From Octopus sinensis (lineage: Eukaryota): DNA of 64,000 nt. A model generated the notes under the pieces. That model was not told the DNA's origin. It was given only the letters and a program-made list of their open reading frames with translations, and searched no databases. The stretch covers positions 186,001 to 250,000 of the forward strand of contig NW_021831849.1 in NCBI RefSeq assembly GCF_006345805.1, written 5' to 3'. Shown here piece by piece: positions 13,001 through 24,573 of the stretch (the first letter of the stretch is position 1; each line of letters begins with the position of its first letter). The position numbers and the translations under genes were made by a program.

Positions 13001-16000
13001 ATTGGCCTTAAAATATCAAACAAAAAATTTACTTTCGAAGTTGTCAAAACCTGTAAAATTTTATCCTCTATTTCCTTGAGCTGCTTTTTATTTTCAGCTC
13101 CCTCAATGATTAAACTGTTCTTTTTTTCTTCAAATTCAGGTTTTTCTTTGGCAGCGACAATTCCCAATAACTGATCCTCTAATCCTTGCTCGGTGATCAT
13201 AAAGTTGATGAGACAAATCTTGACTGATACTTCCGGCAAATAGTGAGGGTTTCTGAGGTTGGTCGTAATGTACAGACGGAAATCCTGATTGTATTCTATT
13301 GACTTGTCCCCCAGCTTAATATAGTCCACTCCTTGTTGTCTGAATATTTGCTTCATCAGAATTGGGTCCAGCAAAGGATCGAGTTCTTCGCCAACATTTT
13401 CAATTAAAATCGGCTTTCCGAATTGAATACAATTTTCCATATGTTGAAGGTATTTTTTGTCAGTTAATTTGACGACACAAAGACCATTGTCTTTCTCGAA
13501 ATTTTTGATCCATTTATTGGCCTGCCCTAAAAAATGTTATTTTTTCAAACCCAACCTTGAGGGTCGATTATTAATGGCCAACGTAGAGAATTTTTAATTA
13601 TAATTCCATTATCAGTACTGAAAGTGTCCACTGGGAGTCCGCATATTTGCCATCTACGAATAAGGACATTATCTCCAAGTATGTTAGTCATTGAAAAATT
13701 TTGTGAACAAGGAATCTGTTTGTCAAGACACAGACTGTGCCAATCGTTTATAACAGTCTAAAATTTTTAATATATTGTTACCTTTCTGTAATAAGTAGAG
13801 AACGCCCCCAAATAAGAAATGACCCCAGCAGAGACCAAAACATCTCCAGGCACGTCATTATAAAGATTTTTTAATGTTTTCACCATATCTTGCCATCTTT
13901 CCCTTTCTCCTCCTAATCCCCCAATCAGCTTCCCTGCTCTTGTCAGCTTTTTGGAACATTGATCAATGTTTTCAATAAGGTTTTCCTTTTTGATAGTCAT
14001 CTCTTCAAGCTGGTCGTTTAATTTCTGTAATTTATCCTCGACCTAATCAATAAGTGGGTTAGATAAGACTGTTTTTAGTTGCAGTTCTTTTTCCTGCAAT
14101 GTTTTGATCTGGACAGCAAGTTTAGCCTCAGCAATGGCTAATTTTTCTTTTTTGGGGGCCACGACTTTTGAGACTCGATCATAAGAATCCATTGCTCTGA
14201 CCCAGGCACAAAGACCTTCACATGCAGTTGAGGCTTGTTTGACAATGCCAGGGACAAATTGTGGATCGGGGATATATTTTTCTCTTATTTTTCGAATACT
14301 GTTGGGATTTATGTCGTCCTTGTCAAAAGATTTTAGCCGATCGATGAATTTCATGTCGTTAAGAACTTTTTGTGATGAACTCCAATAGTCGTCAATCATT
14401 CTTCCACTACCACTGGGGTCTGGCTTTCTTTCCGGCTTGACGTTGAGCATCACACATATGGCCTCCATTACAACTTTTATAATCAGAGGTGGATTCTAAA
14501 TATAACTTTTAAATGAATTTTTCCTTCATCGATTTAACGTTTGTAATATCAGATGGCTTTAAGGTATCCAAAGCCGCCAAGGCAGCTTCAAGTTGAGGAA
14601 GAGCCTCAGCCAAATCTGTCTCGCATTCATCTTTGATGGCTTTTGATGCCATTGCTGCCTCATTTGCAATAGCCTTATCAGAGGAAACAATCTGCACTTT
14701 AGGAAAATGATCAAAACTTGTCTTTTGGCATCAACTTCTACAGTATCCTCCTCAATCCTGACAATAAGTAATTCGGTTTCTTTCGAGGTTTCTATAAGCT
14801 GAGGTTGCATTTCAGTCAATTCTTGCTGCATTTGAACAACCTGAAATTATGACGACAAGCAATACTTGTAATGAAGCATCACTTAATTTTTCTAAACCAG
14901 TCATGTAACGGTTTTTGAGGGTTTCAATCTCTTTACGTTTGAATTTTAGTAAAGATTTGAATGTAGATACTAACTCTAGATAGGACGTGGGGGTAACATA
15001 GTAGTGTCTTTTCATTTCATTAAAATATCTAGTTTATTATTTTATTCGCTCTACCTGGCTGATAAGGTTATGATATCACTGTGGAACTGCTTACAAGTTG
15101 TAACAATTCCATGTCTATAACTTTCGTCTAAATTAATGTCCTCAAAAAATTTATTCGCCACCATTTCTAATGCATCGTCAGGCCAAGTCTAGAAATAACT
15201 TTTTGGAAAAATAAACCTGAAACCAGTCAATAGTGCAACAATTTATAAGAGATGGAAACATTCTTAATCGATTTCGGAAGGAGGCACCAATTGGACTCAT
15301 TGCCAGAACTATATGAAGATTTTTCTTCACTCTATCAATAAAACAGTTGTATAAAATTAATGGAGTGGGGTCATTTTTCCGATTCTAAATTTTAGAGAAG
15401 TCAAGGTACCTCCGCTTTGAAAATTGATTGCATTTTTTCTAAAATTTCGGCTTTTTCGTCAGGTTGGAATAGATTTGGAAGATCGCCTGAATTGAGTATC
15501 ATTCCAATATCTTCCATAAAGCTCTCTTCTTTAATTTCAATGTCACTGAACAAAAATACGATTGGTTTTCCATCGATTCCAGCTTTAAACAAGAGCTAAA
15601 AATGTTGTCACATAGAAACTTTTTTCATATCTTCGCGCCAATCTGTTATTGAATAAAATCGCGTCATTTCGACTTGGAAAATAGAATAGTCTGCAATATA
15701 GGCGGCCATTTTAGCAACAGACTTTCTCCCACTGCCACCAACTCCTAAATGTATTCAAAAAACTAGAAACTAACCAACTAATAGACAATGACCGTTGTCA
15801 ATATTTAATACGCGAGATACTCTTGAAATGTGTTCGATTGCAAATTTAAACATGACAAGATTCATAGGATTTTTGCTCATTTGATTATATTCCAGCAAAT
15901 GACTACAATTTAATCAGATATGACACTTTTCCATCATTCTAGTAAGTTCTGTTAAATCTGACATTTCATTATAAGAACCCTCTTCATCCATTTTTTTAAA

Positions 16001-19000
16001 ATTACCAAAAATCAAATTTCTAACATGTTGATCTTTCACACGACCGTCAGCAGAAAAATGTCCAAGAAGCTTATCAACATTTGTCTTGAAGTGTGATTGA
16101 CAGCTTTTACGGACTATTCCAAAAAAATTATCCCTATCAGGCTAAACACTAGTCACTCTACCGATCCTCGTCGTCAATTAGCCTGTCATAGAAAACCCGA
16201 TATATTTCATGTATCCACAACTTTAACAGTTTTTCTGAACAGTCCAAATTTTTAGAGGGTAGGAGTAAGACTCCTGACATTACTCGAGCAAAGTCTCTTA
16301 AGTTAAACACGTAGTGACTTTTTTTCGGCGTTGGCAAAAAATTTTGTATGCAAAAATCATATACCTCCATGGTAGCCAGCACTAAAGTCTGAAAAATAAT
16401 CAAAGTTTTCAGACCTTTCCCATTTTTGAATAAATTTTATCAAATGAACTTTCGAAATGAAAATCGGAAATGGTAGTAAAAATTTTTTGTAGCGTATTTT
16501 TTGCAAACGAATCAATTCCGATAACATTGAAATGTCTCATCATTCGGGGACTAATGTCGTTCCGTCCTCCACCAGGGGGCGCCATTGCAGCGACCAAGTT
16601 CTATTTTATTAAAAAAATAGTTAACAATGTCCGTTAAATTGATGACAGAAGTGTCACGTCTATCATACCAGTGCTGATGGTCGATCCACTGGCGAATCAA
16701 CTCTATCGGTGATTGGGCTCCATATTTTTCTTTAGAAGGCATATTTAAATCGTCGATGAATACGACACATTTTTTCCCCATTGGTGGGCCGTAGAGACCT
16801 TTCCGACGTCTGTTATAAATAATTAGAATTTAAAAACCTTTCTAGTTTAGACATTATCATGTCCTGAGTCTGATTTACTGAAGTTCTGGCAGAAAAATTA
16901 ATAATATTTTGTGTATATTTGTCACTCGAGAGATGACTGATGTAGTCTATAGTTATTGCTGATTTTCCAGTCCCAGTTGGTCCAATAAACAGCACTGGAA
17001 TATTATGTTTTAAAAAAGTGTTCAAAAAAAAGTTTTGCCGAACAGTTTCAACGGTGATAATAATTGCGTCGTTAATCTAGTTGAATTAGTATGTCTTACT
17101 TTTGTTTTGGGGTCTAATATTTGGTTTCGTGGAACCAAAGATTCCCATTCGACCCAATTGCCACTTGCCTTTTTCTCAAAATAATAATCATAGATCATTC
17201 CCGATATTGGAAAAGTGTTATTCTGTCTTTAAATACAGTAGACTAACCTTGGTAAGCTTACTGCTCTTAGGTTTTGGATGTTGAGAGTTCGTTCCAGATA
17301 TTAGTTGTCGAAAGTAAGCGTCGAATTTTATTTTACTTTCGCTTTCAATTATACTTCCAATAACCCAAACAAAAGAAAATAAAAATATTCCTTGAATCCA
17401 AAGTGTAATCTACAAATTATCATTCAAGTTATTAGCCTGTTGTTTTGTTAAACTTTCTTCAATGTCGTCATTTATTTCGTCCATCATCGATAATATCAGA
17501 CGTTGTAAAGTGGACACAAGGTGCATTTCAGAAAAATGAAAGACCAGTTTACAATTCTTTTTTATAAAAAGTAGGCATGGATCGATCAGCCATTCGAACA
17601 TGTCTTGAAGCATTTCTTTAATTTCAACAGTCACTGATTTAGGTAGGTAATAGCATATCCAACTTTTCTAGGCATATAATCCATTTCAGAGACAAAACCA
17701 AAAGTGGCCGCCACCCCAACAAGACAGGTTCAATATATATCATTCCACAACGGGAAACGGTGGCAGGAGAAGCTTGCTCAAGGTCAGCAGGTTCAAAAAT
17801 AATATTCATCATGTTATTCATTTGAATAATTTCCCCACTCATTAAACAAAGCTAAAAATTAGAATACGCTAGCTAATAACTTTTTTGTTATCGTCGAGTA
17901 CTGTGTTCATATTCTCAATCCAAACTGCGTCTACAGGCCCGTCGAATATTATCCATTTTCTTTCATTCGTTCTCGAAGATGCATATTCTCTAAATTTGTT
18001 TGCCAAGACGCCTATAAATCATAGTTTAAACGCCACCATCGTTCCATTCTCGCGAAACTGGGTCAAATTGACCATATAGTTCGCCCATCGTAAGTGCCTT
18101 TGGGTTTATAATTGTATATATCGTCTTGAATTCATCCATTATACCAGATGAGCTTAAATTTGACAGAGTCGAAGCCAATATTTGATATGCCTGAGTCTTG
18201 CCTCCCATTGGCTCACCAATGATCATCAGTCCGTGACGAACGAGAATCATTTCATAGATCTGTGTCCTTAAAAAATATTTTTACCTGCATTATTTTTTTG
18301 ATAAAAGAGTCGGTAGGCTGTAGTTTTTTGATTTCTATATTTTCTATTAAAGCCTGTTGGAGATTTGGATATGACATTTGAGGACATTCGATTCCTGGGA
18401 ATAAATCTGACATGATTCCTTCAAAAAGTGGAATATCCTAAAATGATTTAAATTTGACAACCTGCTTTAAGAATTTGGGCATATTCACGTTTTCAATTGC
18501 CTTAAAAACCAACAAAGCTTCGTCGTCTTCTGGGTATTTCATTTTTAAACTGGAAGCAGATGTCAACACAGACTTGACTGCTCTCATTCCATAGTCGTAG
18601 TGGTGTTGGGATGAGAGCTGTTCAGAACAAAGTTGGTAGACTGCCACAATTTTTGTAGCGAGTCTATAAAATTGCCAAATAAATCTTACTCTCTGGCTCT
18701 AACGAACCCCATCGAATATAAACTGATTTCCGCAATAAGAGCATAGTCAGGCACCATCATTGCTACAGTTCTGAACAAGACCTATAACAGAATAATATTT
18801 TTACTATAACTTTAAGGTTGTCTGGAAGTTCCTGTCTTCCTGCGTACCCAGGATTCATTGTAATAAACATGTTGCATGTACGGTCAAGATGCAATTCGGT
18901 CCCTTCGAATATAAATATGCTTTGATCAGCGGCAATCGCCAACTGAATGCACATTATTTGTTGAGCCACTACAGACAACACCTGTTGGATAAAAAATGGT

Positions 19001-22000
19001 TAATACCTCAATTTCAATCCTATTAAATTCGTCAAAACACGCCCATGCTCCTGATTGAGCAAGTCCTTTAAAAAATTTTCCCATTGCTTTGTAATCAAGC
19101 CCATCAGAACAGTTGAACACAACGCACTACATTTATTCGTATATATATACTTGCTTAGCAACAGCCTTAGCCAAATCTTTACATGTTTCTGTCTTACCAG
19201 TCCCTGCTGGGCCCTCGGGAGCACCGCCAAGATTGAGTTTTAGAGCTCCCATTAAAGTCCTGCGAAACTAAGGTCACTTTAAACCTGTAACATCGGTCAG
19301 TCAAAGGCGTGATCACAAGACGGGGACTATTTCCAAGGTACTCATAACCATAGTTTATATCAGTCGTAATTTGCGATACTAAGACATTATCTTCCTTCCA
19401 ATAATAGCGGAGTTGAGCCAGCCATTGAAAATCTGATATAGATGACACTTTTTCTCTAACAAATTGATCAACAATGTCACGTCCTTTTTATATTAAAATA
19501 AATTCTTGCCATGTACGTCGAGGACTATTAGGGCTCCTAATGCTATTCTTGCAGCCCCGCTTATGTTTCCACGTACCAAAGTAACAATCTCTTCAATTTG
19601 TGCGTTATTTAGTTCAAGAAATTCCTGAAATGATTCGAAAATGTACTTTCATTTGGTTCTCTTTTATTGCTTCTACAACTCCAAGCCCCCAATAAATTTG
19701 ACTCACAGCCAAAATGACTTGCCCAGGCCACGAAACGACCCAATTTATTCTCGATGTCGACAGATAGGCCTTTAGAGAGCAAATTATTGAATTTCGAACG
19801 CTGCGAATCATTTCATCTTCTAACTGAAGGAGCCATTTTTCAACCATCCCCTAACATTGTAGTTTGTTTCAAAACTTTTGCTTTTGCGGGTTGTATTTTT
19901 CGTGTAAGTAAAATTTTTTCATTTTCGCTAGAAAGTATGGAAAGTATTTCATTCTCAGAATTGAATTCCAGTTTGTTAATGCCTTCGAAACATTTTTTTA
20001 AATGTGGTTCAACGCGTGTAGGGTCTTTGGTTTCCGACAAAATCTCCAGCAATTCGTCATTTGACAAGAAAAAAAATCTATTTTCTCAATTTAAATCATA
20101 CCTGGGAAAGGACAGCCGTTTCTTTTCCAAATAAGCATTTAGGCCGTGGTGAATTTCATCAAGCAAATTGTTTGACTCCTTGAGTTTATCGAGCATGCCT
20201 TCTTGATCTGTGGAGGCGAGACAGTGAACATCTTTCACGGCTTCTCTCATAATTTGACGCCAATTTGTATCAACGATAGAAAATTTTTGACTTTCATTAG
20301 GCATCTGGGCCATTATGTCCTCGGAGCTAAAAATAGGTTCAAGATAAAGCCAGGTCGCTTGACACTGTGAGGTATAATTAAACAAAATCAAACTTTGGTC
20401 CATTCATCAATAATATCCTGCATTGAAATGAGTTTAGTTTCCCAATTTTTGGCTTCTGTTTGAATTGGCTTTATATATGACGATCCCATCATTGTCTGGG
20501 CCTTCATAATATGGTCGTCTAGTAATGACTGAACATCGTCGAAGCCTCCTAGTATGCTGATGCCCTATACATTGCTTTCATGTTCATAATCAACCGAATC
20601 TCTATATGGGATAAAGTTGAAGACCACGTCGTTCCATTCAGACTTCATTTTTTCGAGACTTTTGACTAGAGAGTGTTCTTTGGTGGCAATTCCACTTATT
20701 TCCTCCAATGTGGTTATGTGTTTCATTAAATCATTTTCCAGCATTAAGGCTAGTGAGGAACCTTCTTTTGGAGATAAATATGTACCAACAACATCACTAA
20801 GCTATTTAAAATATCTTTGCAAGATTATGAAACTTGATTCCAATGTCTTTCTTGGAGACCTGGATTGCAAATTACGTGCATTAGTGGCAAAATATTCTTG
20901 AATTTCTCAATTTTAGATTTAATGCTTTCTGTAACACGAAGAGGTCCTTTCATTTCGGCAAATACTTTAGTCAATTTGTGAACGCTACGCCACATTTCGT
21001 CAACCTGTTCTTCCACGTCTTCCGAATTTAGTCCAACGAAAGAATCTGCATGACTCCAAATGAAATCCATACCGTACATCCACGAATTGCTCTTTGTGTT
21101 AAAATTGGAGACAATATTCCATAAAATATTAAATGGCTCGAGAGTTTTTTCTGCCTCGGTGAGAACTTCGAATGTAGTAGGTTCGAAATCCAGGCAGATC
21201 TCTTCCTGGTTTAGTTCTTCCATTTCTTTGTTAGCGAGATTCAATCTTTCTTTCAAAGAGATCAGTTTCTCGACATTATTTTTTATTTCTTCAAAACTCA
21301 TGATCTTAATTGTTATCTGAAGAAAAAAGTAAAACTTCTTTTTTTCTAAATTTTGCAATTTCTGACAACAATCCTCGCAATTTCAGTTGGAATTCCTTAA
21401 TTTTTACGAGTAAATCTTCTTCGGCTTTTTTACGAGCGGCACTTAATCGTGTTGCCGAAATATCAAATAAAAGTGAAATTCGGTCAAGCCATCCAAAAAC
21501 AGTATTAGTCAATTTAATATCCTCCCCTTTTAAACATTTAAAGCAAGTTTAAACTTTGTAATATAGCAAAATCCAGCAGGAATTTTAATCTTTCTGCAGC
21601 CTCTTGAATCTCACGTTTAATGTCAAATAATAACGATTCTTGTGCCTGGACATTATTTAATTTAGTAAACCTCTGTATGAAAGTTGATTTGTTCAATCAA
21701 TTCGTTTTTGTTTTGGGGATTTTGTGATAATCTCTCAGCAATGTTGTCAAATTGACGACATATTCTGTTTCATATATTAGAATTGATATATACGATCTGT
21801 TATGCACTCTATTTTTCTCGAGTTGAAAGTTTATCAGAATTTGACACAAATTTAAAGAAGAGTCGTGCATGGATTCATTCATTTTAGATGCGTCGAGGAA
21901 AAACATGTTTAGAGGAGCCGTTATTCTCATCAGCGATATCGAATCACAAATATCTTTATATTTGTTGTATTTCTTAACATTTAAACAATTTTTATTTACC

Positions 22001-23990
22001 AAAGTGAAGGTCTCAATAGAATGCTTCCCTTCAATAAACAAGTTTGCCTCTGCTTCCATAGTTCCATCAATAAGACTACCCAGCTCGTTGTAAATAACTA
22101 AATAACTGAGGAATATGATTTATTTGAGCTTAACTTTTTTAGACCAGGAAGATTTTTTTCAAAAATACACATGCAATCGTCGACATAACCAAGGACTTGT
22201 TCATCATTTACGTTTACTGGTTTTAAAAACATGGGACACGATTCAAGTTGAGAAAAAAGCTGAGTCTCCACCTTAAATATGAATTTGAAAAAAACAAATA
22301 CTCTCTTAACATTTCGACTACGTTCCACAATTTCATTAATACAGTTCAAAATACATTCCCTAGTCTGGTCGAGAGATGGTTGAAATTGTACTTGATTCTG
22401 TTCAAGAATCAAGTCAATCTTTATTATTGAATTTTGAGTATACATAATCTCATCAAAGTCCCCAATATAGTTGTTTCCGTTCTATAATTTTGAATGACGT
22501 AAAAATAACTTTAAACTCGTCAAGGACATTTCTGAAATCTGACAGCGTTTCAATGACCATTTCTCGCAATTGGAAGGACATTGTCGCTTCTACGCAATTA
22601 AAAAATAGTTGGATCAATGAAATGGGTCGAGTTTTGCTATATTTTGATACAAGACATTTCCAAGTATTTTTTAGATCGGTGACTATCTTAGCACAGTCCA
22701 AAACCCATCTGAGCAAGTATTTTCTATCAATTATTACTTTTCGTTTAAAAGATTCCAAGTAGTATTACATTTCTCTTTCACTAAGGCTACAAACTCTAAC
22801 GGCGACGGTTTAACTTTGAGAGAATTAAATTCTGAAATATCCACAAATCTCAATTTCTTGTATCTAAGAGATTGCTATGGAAATGGAAACTCTTTATGCC
22901 ATAAATTTTTTATCTCTAAAATGACTGGATGGGAAGTGAATATTTCGGCGGTACAAGTTTCTTTATTTATTCGATAACTGTCGTGCCAAGGAATTGGAGC
23001 TCTAATGATTCTAAACGAACGTAGAATGATTTATTCTTGCTTTAAATCGTAGCTTTCTATCGTTCCACTTATGCAAAGTCTTGTCCGTTCTTGGTTATCC
23101 ATAAGAATATAGTCAACTAAAATAAAACATATTTTCCTTAGAACCAATCGATTTTTTCAATCCAGAATAATAAGATTCAACTACTTCTTCCCATATCTCA
23201 TCAAATCCCCTTTTTAATAGTTTTGCTGGGATTAGTTTGATGATTTTGCTTTTAGTAGTCTCCGTGATATCAGTCAGGATTACATCACTGATTCCATTTG
23301 TGATGTAATAATTGTATCTCTTGTTGATTAAGAGTCAAATATAATACTTCCAAATTCTTTTCTTCATTTATTTGATCAGTCTGGTGTGTCCTTACGATAC
23401 TCTTCAACTGAGAGAGTGGAGACCTTGGAAGACAGAGTTCTTGTCTTCTAAATGATATTAATGACGTTATAACTTTTTTTTATTTGAAACATTTTTTTCT
23501 TTATTTTTGAGTTTTGCTATTTGGGAATTTATCAAAAATAAGTATACGAAGTCTGGATGGTCTTATTACCGCACGTTTAAGTCTTTTTACAGTCAAATCA
23601 GAAGCTTGGAGTGAAAAATTATTTCCAATTGTTTCACTGGGAGTTTTGCAGTATTTTTCCTCTTTCTGTGGTGCCGCCTTTGTCCAACACGTGTTCCGAA
23701 ATATTGGAGGATGTTGAATGTTTTTCAGAACAGACTATTAAATATTATAAATGAGAATAACTAGATATAGTTCAGAAAATTTTGTCTCTTTTTCTGGTAG
23801 TGGGGGAGCTCCTGGCAGTTTTTTTATTAGTTGTTTGATTTCTTCTAAATTTGGAACCTGTGTAGCATCGAAGTTACGTAATTAAATTACCTCGACAAAT
23901 TTTAAAGAACTTTGTTCAATTGGCATGTTTTGAATTTTATCATCTAAATTTAAAAGTTGAAAATAAACTTTCATTATTGCCAATTTCCAT
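10043..23990 (-). CDS. DNAH3: Axonemal inner-arm dynein heavy chain, DNAH3 orthologue (~4,000 aa, about 68 introns of 22-33 nt)
   Basis: The whole gene was walked exon by exon. P1 [18 protein letters not shown]2 [11 protein letters not shown]3 [11 protein letters not shown]4 GVGGSGRKS, stalk/MTBD, C-terminal STTGHSTNF...[16 protein letters not shown]-terminal [17 protein letters not shown]...[15 protein letters not shown] and IRAPIPW are DNAH3-type motifs. Confidence 0.95.
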
Positions 23991-24367
23991 TTTAGAGTTG
24001 CTATGTTACAAATGGTTTATTAGATTTTGGTTAAACATCATTAAAATCGACAATTCGAAAAAAATCGACAATTTTCTTAATTTACAAATGTTTTAAAACC
24101 CTCATTTGTGTAACCTTACTAATCAAAGCCTTGATTGCTTATATTTTCAATTTCACTTTTAGAATAAAGCTAGTCATTTAGGCTTTCAGAAATTTTTATT
24201 TTTGCTTTGTGGCTATTTGAGACAGTGTCCCGGGAATAATTTTGAGATTATTTAATTCATTTTAAAAACTTTTTAGAGACCATTTTGATGTTAATTTTAG
24301 TGATCTACATGAAGAATCTACTACTATCAGTTGAGACACATTATATTAACGACACTGATGCCACTCT

Positions 24368-24432
24368 GTCTGTCGACGTGGGTCACCTTCTCGCGGTGGC
24401 AGATGATAGTTTTATACTACGAAAAGACCCAC
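24368..24432 (+). ncRNA. HDV-like self-cleaving ribozyme (nested double pseudoknot)
   Basis: P1 gtctgtc (24368-74) / ggcagat (24398-404) with G1.U wobble; P2 gtgggtc (24378-84) / gacccac (24426-32); P3 acc/ggt; L3 ttctcgc; P1.1 UC/GA; P4 tagt-tttat-acta; catalytic C at 24420 in J4/2 cgaaaa. Confidence 0.9.
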
Positions 24433-24519
24433 AACTACTCCCATGTCGGATCGGATCAATTCCGCAACGTCGGTGGCAGCAGAGCAGGCGCGAAGCCGTT
24501 GCTCCCAAGGACCTCTTTG

Positions 24520-24573
24520 CTTATCAAACTCGCCGTTCTTCTTTCCGGAGACATTGAACCAAATCCTGGCCCC
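24520..24573 (+). other. 2A-like StopGo ribosomal skipping peptide
   Basis: LLIKLAVLLSGDIEPNPG|P fits the D(V/I)ExNPGP consensus (24550-24573), in frame and directly before the APE domain. Confidence 0.88.

Noticed and set aside
12022-22762. Plus-strand ORFs antisense to DNAH3, and similar shadow ORFs over TUBB, DDX49, RPA1, SMU1 and Tigger
   Set aside because: Expected antisense shadows of real coding sequence; no recognisable domains.
10043-23990. Alternative genetic code or stop read-through to explain the fragmented ORF track
   Set aside because: Every in-frame stop falls inside a 22-33 nt intron whose removal restores conserved sequence; genes end in TAA or TGA normally.
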